Assembly: GCA_964349045.1 (NCBI GenBank) | Contig: CAYGFI010000002.1 | Coordinates: 39,879-103,878 of the forward strand | Direction of reading: 5' to 3' | Length of the DNA stretch: 64,000 bases | Source: an uncultured Chitinophaga sp. | GTDB taxonomy: Bacteria; Bacteroidota; Bacteroidia; Bacteroidales; GCA-2748055 | Shown: piece after piece, positions 1 to 8,058 of the stretch | Layout: each line of letters begins with the position of its first letter | Position numbering within the stretch: the stretch's first letter is position 1 | Program-made: the position numbers and the translations under genes | Notes under the pieces: generated by a model | What the model was told of the DNA's origin: nothing | Database searches by the model: none | What the model saw: only the letters and a program-made list of their open reading frames with translations

Positions 1-845
1 ATTCTGATAAACACCTTGACATACTGATTGATCTCTGGCTCGAAGAGGATATTGGCGACGGGGATCACACGACTTTATCCACCATTCCTGCCACTGCTTC
101 CGGTAAGGCAAAACTTCTGGTTAAACAGCCAGGTATCATTGCCGGGGTAAGGATTGCTATAGAAATATTCAAACGCTTCGATCCCGGAATGAAAACAGTA
201 GTTTTTATTCCCGATGGAAGTCCCATTAAACCAGGAGACATAGTCTTCGAAGTACAGGGATTGGTACGAACCATTCTTCAGACCGAACGCCTGGTGTTAA
301 ACGTTATGCAAAGAATGAGCGGAGTTGCAACACATACAAATAATTATGTCCATAAACTTAAAGGCTTAAAAACAAAAATTCTTGATACCCGTAAGACCTC
401 ACCCGGTATGCGTTTATTAGAAAAAGAGGCCGTAAAGCTTGGAGGTGGAGAAAATCACAGGATCGGGTTGTATGATATGATCCTTATCAAAGACAATCAT
501 ATTGATTTTGCAGGGGGAATAGGAAATGCCCTCGAATGGACAAGGAAATACCTCAGGGATAATAAGAAAGATCTGAAAATAGTTATCGAGGCCAGAAGCC
601 TTGATGATATCCGTGAAATACTGAGAAATGGTGGCGCAAACCGTATCCTGATCGATAATTTTACTCCCGCTCTCACCCGCGAGGCCGTTAAACTGGTTGC
701 CGGGGCATGCGAAACGGAATCCTCAGGAGGAATAACTCTCGACAATATTCGTGAATATGCTGAATGTGGGGTTGATTATATCTCCGTGGGAGCATTAACA
801 CACCAGATTAAGAGTTTGGATCTGAGTTTGAAAGCGGCTTTTTAA
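1..845 (+). CDS. nadC: Nicotinate-nucleotide pyrophosphorylase (quinolinate phosphoribosyltransferase), 5' end cut by the window edge
   Basis: The frame of listed ORF 189..845 stays open back to nt 3 (SDKHLDILIDLWLEEDIGDGDHTTLSTIPATASGKAKLLVKQPGIIAG..). QPRTase-like blocks: ..ILDTRKTSPGMRLLEKEAVKLGGGENHRIGLYDMILIKDNH.. and ..DYISVGALTH. Stop TAA at 843-845. Confidence 0.9.
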   Translation, partial: SDKHLDILIDLWLEEDIGDGDHTTLSTIPATASGKAKLLVKQPGIIAGVRIAIEIFKRFDPGMKTVVFIPDGSPIKPGDIVFEVQGLVRTILQTERLVLNVMQRMSGVATHTNNYVHKLKGLKTKILDTRKTSPGMRLLEKEAVKLGGGENHRIGLYDMILIKDNHIDFAGGIGNALEWTRKYLRDNKKDLKIVIEARSLDDIREILRNGGANRILIDNFTPALTREAVKLVAGACETESSGGITLDNIREYAECGVDYISVGALTHQIKSLDLSLKAAF

Positions 846-993
846 TGCGTTATGAATTTTTTTGAACTAATAATATTATCCCATCGCCATGTCGTGTCGA
901 TTGAATGATAAAAAATCAGATCCCTAATTGTCGTTCCCTCGTTACACCGTTACCTTTAAATACTGCAGTTTTAGCGCAGGTGAACTCCTTAAT

Positions 994-1046
994 CCTTTAC
1001 CTCGTTACCCATTTACTTATTCACTCATTTACCCATTTACCTATTT
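994..1046. repeat. Degenerate 8-nt tandem repeat (consensus YMTTTACY, about 6.5 units) directly upstream of pdxH
   Basis: Reads cctttacc|tcgttacc|catttact|tattcact|catttacc|catttacc|tattt with strict 8-nt phasing. A related CGTTAC-type stretch (tcgttccctcgttacaccgttacc) lies at 931-956. Confidence 0.7.
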
Positions 1047-1085
1047 ATGAACTTACTTTCCCCTCAACTGTTTAATGAAAAAAAA

Positions 1086-1727
1086 ATGAATTTGTCTTTT
1101 TCTTACCTAAGAAGAGAGTATTCCGTGAAAAAGCTCACCAAAAAAGATGTGAACCCGGATCCATTTAAACAATTCGGAACATGGTTTGATGAGGCTTTTG
1201 AAACCATCACGGTAGTTCCGAATGCTATGATCCTTAGCACTTCGAACCAAAATGGAAGACCTTCTTCAAGGGTTGTTTTGCTAAAAGGTTTTTCAGAAAA
1301 GGGCTTCGTGTTTTTCACAAATTACGGATCCCGAAAAGGCAATGACATAGAAAGAAATCCTTTTGCAGCTTTACTTTTTTTCTGGGGAGAATTGGAAAGA
1401 CAGGTGCGTATTGAAGGCCGAGTAGAAAAAATCAGTCATAAAGAATCCTCCGAATATTTTGTTACACGCCCACGACTGAGTCAGATCGGTGCTTTGGCAT
1501 CTGCGCAAAGCAAAGTTATTAAAAAAAGATCAGAGCTGGAAGATGCATTTCACAAGCTTGATAAGGTGTATGAAGGTAAAGAAATCCCAATGCCTGAAAA
1601 CTGGGGTGGATATATTGTAATTCCTGAATATTTTGAATTCTGGCAGGGCCGGCAAAGCCGACTGCACGATCGGATCTGCTATCGCCAGAGTGCAGGAGTT
1701 TGGGAAATCGAACGTCTGTCTCCCTGA
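1086..1727 (+). CDS. pdxH: Pyridoxamine 5'-phosphate oxidase
   Basis: ..LRREYSVKKLTKKDVNPDPFKQFGTWFDEA.., ..SSRVVLLKGFSEKGFVFFTNYGSRKG.., ..FWGELERQVRIEGRVEKIS.., ..FEFWQGRQSRLHDR..ERLSP are PNPOx hallmarks. The listed ORF starts at 1047, inside the 8-nt repeat. ATG 1086 (MNLSFSYLRREY) gives a typical length. Confidence 0.9.
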   Translation: MNLSFSYLRREYSVKKLTKKDVNPDPFKQFGTWFDEAFETITVVPNAMILSTSNQNGRPSSRVVLLKGFSEKGFVFFTNYGSRKGNDIERNPFAALLFFWGELERQVRIEGRVEKISHKESSEYFVTRPRLSQIGALASAQSKVIKKRSELEDAFHKLDKVYEGKEIPMPENWGGYIVIPEYFEFWQGRQSRLHDRICYRQSAGVWEIERLSP

Positions 1728-1749
1728 TAGAAAAGAATAATATAAGAGC

Positions 1750-2510
1750 TTACATCACATGTATATACTTCAGAACCAGTTCCCTGGTTTGCTCCTGCTT
1801 CCCTATTAGTCTTTCAGACAATCCCTTGTCATCATAGGCTTTAAGCTTTTTTACCACGTTATCAATCATCCCGGAGGAAAAGATTCCGGATTGCTCAAAT
1901 ATTTTTCTTTTCAGCTCGAGTGCTTCAGCTGAATCGTAACAGCTATAAGGAAGATGGCCTAGTGTTGAGAGTTTCTCATTATTCTTAAAAATATCAACCC
2001 CAACATATAATTTGTCTGCGAGAGAGATGGCATCCTTCATTTCAAGACCATGTTGTGTTGCTACCACCAATCCTGCTAAAAGATTATAGATATCTGCTGA
2101 TCCGTCGGGTACTCTGAATTCAACCGTCTGTGAATTGCCGACGGGTATATTTTCAGTGGGTTCAGAGGGATTTGAATCTCTTAGCATATCCTTTTTACCT
2201 AACCAGCCCAGTGGAACTCGAATCAATACGCTCCGGTTGCGGTCTCCCCAACATATATACGTTGGTGCTTCCTGGTTTGGAACCAACCTGAGGTAGGAAG
2301 TGGGAATTGTATTGCCAAATGCAGTAAGTGCAGGTGCAACATCAAGGATACCGGCAATCATGGAGCGGCTTGTATCCGATAACTTTCCGTTTTCGGTCAT
2401 GATGTTTTTACCGTCTTTCTCAAGCATCATATGAATATGCAGGCCGCTGCAGGCTTTGGCAGAAAACTCACCAGCTTATTAGGAACAAGGCTGAAATCCA
2501 TATGATCTTT
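1750..2510 (-). pseudogene. Glutamine synthetase remnant (C-terminal half only, with a frame break)
   Basis: ORF 1750..2430 carries the GS C-terminal catalytic region (..NRSVLIRVP.., ..EFRVPDGSADIYNLLAGLVVA..). Its frame continues upstream as AGEFSAKACSGLHIHMM and then hits a stop. The FLPKP motif (TKDHMDFSLVPNKLVSFLPKP, 2451-2510) sits in a different frame only 2 nt away. No N-terminal beta-grasp half exists before the next gene. Confidence 0.75.
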
Positions 2511-2596
2511 TGTTTATGAGTGAACAAAGATAACCGGAAGCCTTTATGCCGTAAATGATTTATAACATGAGGTGGGTATGTTGTTTAGCTTTTATT

Positions 2597-2667
2597 CGTG
2601 ACTCGTGAAGGGGTGATGGGGTGACAAGAGGAGCCCCTCGTCACGTCGTCACGCGTTACGCGTCACG
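2597..2667. repeat. Imperfect palindrome built from CGTGAC / GTCACG 7-8-nt units
   Basis: Left arm cgtgact cgtgaag gggtgat ggggtgac, centre aagaggagcccctc, right arm gtcacgtc gtcacgc gttacgc gtcacg. It overlaps the stop codon (2663-2665) of the L,D-transpeptidase-like gene. Confidence 0.65.
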
Positions 2668-3304
2668 TTCTTCGTTCCTCCCCATAAACAAATAAACAAC
2701 TCCCGCCAGAAATCAAATCGATTATTTCCCTTGAAATTTCCAGGGGCAATGCCGGGCAGCCCCAGCTTCTGCCAAGTCGCCCGTACTTACTGATGTATTC
2801 TTCACTTACATATTCTGCCCCATGAATAACAATTTCCCGGTTACGGGCGTTGTCGTTGATTCCCTTTTCAAGCCCGTCGAGTTTCATGGAATACCCATTT
2901 TCTCCTTGATAGGTTTCAGCGGTAAGGAAAAATCCCAGGCAGCTTTGTAAAGAATTCATCTGATTAGAAAAACTAATTGCTTCATTATCACCTGTATTTT
3001 TACCGTGTGCAACATAAGTTTTAAAAAGCAATTGCTTTTTCTGTAGGTCAATTACAAAAAACCGTTTTTCGGAAGATGGCTTTGAATAATCAATAATGGT
3101 AAGGATGTTTTTCTTTTTCAGGTTTTCAATTTTCCCATAACCCCGGATGGCAATAGTAAATATTTCAAATGCCACTTCCTTTTCGGGTAAACAGTCGAGC
3201 CATAACCGGCGGACATCATTTTTTTTATTTGCCTCAGTGCAGGTAAGACTGACTGTTGTATAGAAGATGATGATAAATAAAAGAAGTTTATGAACTGCGT
3301 TCAT
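2663..3304 (-). CDS. L,D-transpeptidase catalytic-domain family protein (YkuD_2-like), secreted
   Basis: ..IVIHGAEYVSEEYISKYGRLGRSWGCPALP.. contains the His..Cys catalytic signature of YkuD-type enzymes. Start refined to ATG 3304 (MNAVHKLLLFIIIFYTTVSLTC, signal peptide). The maximal ORF reaches 3343. Confidence 0.75.
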   Translation of the reverse strand: MNAVHKLLLFIIIFYTTVSLTCTEANKKNDVRRLWLDCLPEKEVAFEIFTIAIRGYGKIENLKKKNILTIIDYSKPSSEKRFFVIDLQKKQLLFKTYVAHGKNTGDNEAISFSNQMNSLQSCLGFFLTAETYQGENGYSMKLDGLEKGINDNARNREIVIHGAEYVSEEYISKYGRLGRSWGCPALPLEISREIIDLISGGSCLFVYGEERRT

Positions 3305-3345
3305 AGTTGGTTTTTTTGCAATAATTCTGACAGAACCGGTCACAT

Positions 3346-3996
3346 CTATTTAAATTTTAATCCTATGTTTACCCTGAAATACCTGTTAAAAATATCATCA
3401 TGGTATGAATAGATTTTATTTATCCCAAATTTATAATCGGGATTAATAAAGCATTCAAATGATGAAAAGGGTACCCGAATTCCAAATCCACCATGCAGTC
3501 CAAATGAACTTGATAAGTCCGCTCTTTCATTGTATTGAGTTTCTGTATGAAAAATTGGACTATTCTCACTATAATCATAAATATGCATGGTTCCTTTTTT
3601 CTTTGAATTTATAACCATATCAGCGAATACACCCGTTTCAATATATACGTTTGACTTACTTCCTATATTTAATCGCCACCGTAACGGGACAGAAAAACAA
3701 TTCATGCTATAGGTCAAGTCTGTTGAATTTGCAAAATGACCTTCATACATTGATTTCATAAACTGACTGGTTCTGTTAAATTCCAATCCAAATACTAAAT
3801 TTATTTTTTTATCTGATCTGAAAAGATGATTTGCTCCAAAACCGAATCCATTTCTGTTTTCTGTGTTATCATTATGCAATGTCGACCTGTTAAATGAAAT
3901 GCTATATTCATCAAATGAAAAATAACCGGAATCCTGTCCTGATATTTTAATAAATATTCCAATCAGACCCAATGTTATCAGTAATAAATATCTCAT
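3346..3996 (-). CDS. Outer-membrane beta-barrel (porin-family) protein
   Basis: Signal peptide MRYLLLITLGLIGIFIKISGQ. Alternating aromatic/small-residue beta-strand pattern throughout (..FGFGANHLF.., ..GLHGGFGIRVPF.., ..YFRVNIGLKFK at the C-terminus). Maximal ORF reaches 4020. Confidence 0.55.
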   Translation of the reverse strand: MRYLLLITLGLIGIFIKISGQDSGYFSFDEYSISFNRSTLHNDNTENRNGFGFGANHLFRSDKKINLVFGLEFNRTSQFMKSMYEGHFANSTDLTYSMNCFSVPLRWRLNIGSKSNVYIETGVFADMVINSKKKGTMHIYDYSENSPIFHTETQYNERADLSSSFGLHGGFGIRVPFSSFECFINPDYKFGINKIYSYHDDIFNRYFRVNIGLKFK

Positions 3997-4032
3997 TTTA
4001 CTGCCTGATTTAGTTGTCATTAAAATACTGCC

Positions 4033-4449
4033 TTATTCAATGGTTTTTAAGAATTGTTCCGCACTCATCACAGGGATAAGCGACTTTTTAAAATCTTTGA
4101 GGTTTCGTGTGATTATTATATCCTGTTTATTTTCGATTGCTGAGAAATATTGCAATCCATCTTCAAAGTCTTTAAATCCCAAGTCATTTAATGCTAATCC
4201 TATTATCTTATCATCAAGAGGTAAAACATCTACTATTAGCTTTAACCGTCTCAGTATCGATTTCGATTCATTTGCGGAGTTTGATCTGAGTAAAGCATAA
4301 TTAGTATTGGCAAATGTTAAAGATAAGACACTCAATTTAATAAGTTTTTTATCAGCCATCGAAAACAACCTGGCTGAATCCTGGTAGTAAGGTTCTCTTT
4401 TAGCCAACAAATCAATAACTACATTTGTATCTACCAGAAGTTTTTTCAT
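4033..4449 (-). CDS. PIN-domain ribonuclease toxin (VapC-like)
   Basis: MKKLLVDTNVVIDLL.. (first acidic PIN residue), ..FEDGLQYFSA.., ..IITRNLKDF.. . Its ATG overlaps the upstream gene's TGA as ATGA (4446-4449), the classic TA coupling. Confidence 0.8.
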   Translation of the reverse strand: MKKLLVDTNVVIDLLAKREPYYQDSARLFSMADKKLIKLSVLSLTFANTNYALLRSNSANESKSILRRLKLIVDVLPLDDKIIGLALNDLGFKDFEDGLQYFSAIENKQDIIITRNLKDFKKSLIPVMSAEQFLKTIE

Positions 4450-4691
4450 TTATATTTTTCTTCAATAAAGCTGGAGTAATCCTTCTTGTAATCGTAATCT
4501 TCCGGTAAATCAATTACACCACTTAAGCTTTTAACCAGGGGTGTAATTTCCATCTCTGATGGATTTTGCCTTGTTACTGAATCAAGATAGGTTTCAATCA
4601 ATTTTGATAAGCTTATTTTATGATTCTGAGCATAATGTTTAGCCCTGATAATCACTTTGTTGTCAAGTCTTAGTGTCAGTTTTGTTTCCAT
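4446..4691 (-). CDS. Antitoxin partner of the PIN toxin (resembles the DUF6364 family)
   Basis: METKLTLRLDNKVIIRAKHYAQNHKISLSKLIETYLDSV.. . Small, immediately upstream of the PIN gene and 4-nt overlapped with it. Maximal ORF reaches 4712. Confidence 0.7.
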   Translation of the reverse strand: METKLTLRLDNKVIIRAKHYAQNHKISLSKLIETYLDSVTRQNPSEMEITPLVKSLSGVIDLPEDYDYKKDYSSFIEEKYK

Positions 4692-4868
4692 GGTAATGAT
4701 AATTACGTACAAAATTATGAAATAGGTACGTCAATTGCAAAATATTATAGAGTTGCTTACAGGTTTTTTGCTAACGATCATTATTACAGATAAAAAATTG
4801 AAATGCAAAAGGGTAACTACTGACCCAGGTAGAATGGTTTGCTTTAGATTCAACAAACAATCCATTTA

Positions 4869-7271
4869 TTACCACTTAATGTTAATCTTCTCTCCCCGTT
4901 TAATGCTGATTTCTTTTTGTTTATCCCCGGAAATCAGCATAACAGTTCCACTTTCTTTTGCATAAACGGTAAGTTTCTCCAGGGATTTGTTTTCCCATTC
5001 CATGGAAATTTCAAATCCTCCCCTGGCGCAGAGGCCCTTTACTGAGCCGCTCTCCCATACATCTGGAAGCGCTGGCAGGAGGCTGATTTTTCCGTTACCC
5101 GATTGTACCAGCATTTCAGCAACGGCTGCAGCTCCGCCAAAATTCCCGTCGATCTGAAAGGGCGGGTGTGCATCGAGCAGGTTGGGATAGGTTCCCCCTC
5201 CCCCGGAATAGCTGGTTCTTACGCTGTCGGGCTCCACATAATGTAGCAATTCGCGGTACATCTTGTAAGCACGGTTTCCATCCAGTAACCTTGCCCAAAG
5301 GTTTATACGCCATCCTTTTGACCAACCGGTTGTCTGGTCGCCTTTAATTTCAAGGGTCTTACGGCAGGCATCTGCCAGTTCAGGAGTTGATGCGTGGCTT
5401 ATGTGATGACCCGGGTAGAGTCCGAATAAATGCGATTGATGGCGGTGCTGAGGCTCTGCATCTTCCCAATCGTAATACCATTCCTGCAGGTTTCCCTTTG
5501 TACCAACCTGGTAGGGATATAAACGGGAGAGTGCTTCCTTGATTTTTGCCCGGAATTCCTCATCTGTATATAAAATCTCAGAGGCTTTGATGGTTTGTTC
5601 AAAACATTCCCGGATCATGGAAAGGTCGGCAGTTCCGCCGTACATCGTGGCTCCGCGGTAGTCATCGGGGGCAATGTAAATATTTTCGGGGGAGGTGGAT
5701 GGGGAGGTGATCAGCCTTCCGTCTTTATCTTCTATTAACCATTCAAGGCAAAACTGTGCAGCCCCACGAAGGATATCATAAGCTTCATTTTTCAGGAAGT
5801 CTTTATCCCGGGTAAAGGCGAAATGCTCCCACAAATGCGTTGCCAGCCAAGTTCCTCCCATGTTCCAGTTAGCCCACGCGGGATCTCCCTTGCCAAAATC
5901 TCCGACTGGGTTACTCATGGCCCAGATATCTGAATTGTGACAGGCTGCCCAACCGTTAACCCCATAAAATGTCTTTGCAGTTATTGCACCTGTTACTGAG
6001 ATGTTTTTAATAAAACCCAGCATGGGTTCATGCATTTCAGAAAGATTAGTGTTCTCTGCAAGCCAGTAATTCTCCTCTGCATTAATATTTATGGTATAAT
6101 TGCTGCTCCATGGCGGGCGGAGGTAAGGATTCCATATTCCCTGAAGGTTTGCAGGAACGCCAGGGGTGCGGGAACTGCTTATCAGCAGATAACGGCCAAA
6201 CTGAAAATATAGAATTTCGAGATTTTTATCTTCCTGTCCATCAGCGTACCGCTTCAGGCGCTCATTGGTTGGCTGATCGGGAGCAGTGGTTTTTCCCAGG
6301 TCAAGGCTTACACGGCTAAAATATTTTTGATAATCCAGTACATGGTTATCCCTGATTTGCTGGTATTCTTTACCTGATGCCTGTGCCAGTTGTTTATTCG
6401 CTATCGCCTGGTGATCCAATCCTTCAGTAGCCGGGTTTTTATCAAAGCCGTTAAAGCTGGTTGCAACTGAAATATAGATCAGCGCTTCGGTTCCCCCTTT
6501 CAGACCAAGGGTGTTATCAGTTGCAACAAGGGTGCCGTCGATATTTTTAATTTTAACGAGGGAGCAAAACCTGGTTCCACGGGTTTCGTCAAAAACGACT
6601 GAATTGCGCATCTCCCCCCTGTAACTGGGTTCTGCGCGAATGGGGGCAAAACCTGATGCATTGAGAATCTCATCAGAAATTGAAATTTTATTGTTTAGCA
6701 GGCTTTCAAATTTTAAATCAAAATTCAAGGCTCCCTTCTTGCTGCAGGTGAGTTTAATTAACATGACCTGGTCGGGATACGAAACAAAATACTCACGGGT
6801 ATACTTCACCCCATCAATTTCATAGTTCACTTTTGAAACCGCATTGCTGATATCCAGTTCGCGGTAATAATTCTGAGTCTCACCAATATGTTTAAAATTG
6901 ACATACAGGGTTCCCAGGGGAGCGTAGGATTCCGAAAATTTTCCCTGAATTTTTTTGTTAAGAAGGTCTGCCTGCCGGTAGTCTTCATTTTTAAGCGCCT
7001 CCCTGATGGCGGGGAGATTCTTATATGCTTCCGGGTTCATGTTTGGATCAACCGGTTCACCTGACCAGAGGGTAGCATCGTTCAAATAGATTTTATCGGA
7101 GTTTATTCCCCCGAAAACGGATGCTCCCATCTTACCGTTTCCAAGAACCAGGCTTTCCTCGAAGTAGCTGGCGGGTTGGCTGTACGAGAGGGTGGTGGGG
7201 GACTGGGCTGAAGCTAAACTGGTAATGAACTGGACCAGAAGAAATGTGGTAATCTTAGTATTTTTTCTCAT
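4869..7271 (-). CDS. Glycoside hydrolase family 95 (alpha-L-fucosidase-like), secreted
   Basis: 800 aa with a signal peptide. GH95 N-terminal block ..SLVLGNGKMGASVFGG..IYLNDATLWSGEP.. . Also ..NINAEENYWLAE.., ..TTGWSKGWRINLWARLLDGN.., ..HPPFQIDGNFGG.. . Confidence 0.85.
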   Translation of the reverse strand: MRKNTKITTFLLVQFITSLASAQSPTTLSYSQPASYFEESLVLGNGKMGASVFGGINSDKIYLNDATLWSGEPVDPNMNPEAYKNLPAIREALKNEDYRQADLLNKKIQGKFSESYAPLGTLYVNFKHIGETQNYYRELDISNAVSKVNYEIDGVKYTREYFVSYPDQVMLIKLTCSKKGALNFDLKFESLLNNKISISDEILNASGFAPIRAEPSYRGEMRNSVVFDETRGTRFCSLVKIKNIDGTLVATDNTLGLKGGTEALIYISVATSFNGFDKNPATEGLDHQAIANKQLAQASGKEYQQIRDNHVLDYQKYFSRVSLDLGKTTAPDQPTNERLKRYADGQEDKNLEILYFQFGRYLLISSSRTPGVPANLQGIWNPYLRPPWSSNYTININAEENYWLAENTNLSEMHEPMLGFIKNISVTGAITAKTFYGVNGWAACHNSDIWAMSNPVGDFGKGDPAWANWNMGGTWLATHLWEHFAFTRDKDFLKNEAYDILRGAAQFCLEWLIEDKDGRLITSPSTSPENIYIAPDDYRGATMYGGTADLSMIRECFEQTIKASEILYTDEEFRAKIKEALSRLYPYQVGTKGNLQEWYYDWEDAEPQHRHQSHLFGLYPGHHISHASTPELADACRKTLEIKGDQTTGWSKGWRINLWARLLDGNRAYKMYRELLHYVEPDSVRTSYSGGGGTYPNLLDAHPPFQIDGNFGGAAAVAEMLVQSGNGKISLLPALPDVWESGSVKGLCARGGFEISMEWENKSLEKLTVYAKESGTVMLISGDKQKEISIKRGEKINIKW

Positions 7272-7344
7272 AGACTTGTTTCAGACTTAACAATAACTTT
7301 TTTTATGTTCAGATATGCTTCTTATGTTCTTGACTTATACTTTT

Positions 7345-7448
7345 TTCACAGGGCGATGCCCTGTGTTAGTATATATCGGGCTTTCAGCCCTGGTGCCTGT
7401 TTCACAGGGCGATGCCCTGTGTTAATATATATCGGGCTTTCAGCCCTG
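7345..7448. repeat. Tandem duplication (period 56 nt) of a 48-nt double-hairpin unit
   Basis: Unit ttcacagggcgatgccctgtgtta(g/a)tatatatcgggctttcagccctg at 7345-7392 and 7401-7448, with 1 mismatch. Each unit has an 8-bp stem (cacagggc gat gccctgtg) and a 5-bp stem (gggct ttc agccc). Confidence 0.9.
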
Positions 7449-7467
7449 TGGAATAATGGGATGTAAA

Positions 7468-7845
7468 TTACTTCTGGCTTTCAGGCACAAAAAACATTCC
7501 CGCGATTTGATTTTTTTCATTAAAGACCAATTTCATCTGCAAATTCATCTTTTCAAAATGGCATAACACGTAGGTAACATCATATGTTTGAATTTTACCT
7601 TCAGTGATCTCTGAAAACTTCTGGAATTTGCCACATTTGCTGTTTAAATCTTCCCATACGAATTTCAGTTTATCTTCGGGCAATGCTGTTTTCATAGTTT
7701 CATCATAAAAAAAAACAATTTTTGAGTATTCGGTTTTTTGAAAACTATTAATAACTTCTTTTGAGATACTAATATTTTTACTTTCCTGGAAAAGTATGAA
7801 TGCGCTGAAAGCACACAAAAGAATTACTAAAATTGAACTTTTCAT
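7468..7845 (-). CDS. Small secreted protein (DUF3887-like)
   Basis: 125 aa, signal peptide MKSSILVILLCAFSAFILF. The ..ETMKTALPEDKLKFVWEDLNSKCGKF.. pattern is reminiscent of DUF3887. The family call is tentative. Confidence 0.45.
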   Translation of the reverse strand: MKSSILVILLCAFSAFILFQESKNISISKEVINSFQKTEYSKIVFFYDETMKTALPEDKLKFVWEDLNSKCGKFQKFSEITEGKIQTYDVTYVLCHFEKMNLQMKLVFNEKNQIAGMFFVPESQK

Positions 7846-8058
7846 TTATTAATAAATTATTGGAGTTTTTAAATCTTTTTGGGTTCTCTCTGTTAATTAA
7901 TCAAGCTGAGCTGATACTTATTTAGTTAATTTTAAAAAAATTATGAATAACGGTTAAATACTTTTTATTTTTGAAGTAAATAATAAATAAAGAAATGAAT
8001 ATCTTAATTAAAGTTAATTACAAGATTTTTTCAATCTCAAAATAAAATAAATTAAATC

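Noticed and set aside
7345-7448. Possible mini-CRISPR array (two identical-looking palindromic repeats)
   Set aside because: There are only two copies, separated by an 8-nt spacer (period 56 nt with 48-nt repeats). There are no cas genes in the window and no leader. The geometry is that of a tandem duplication, not a repeat-spacer array.
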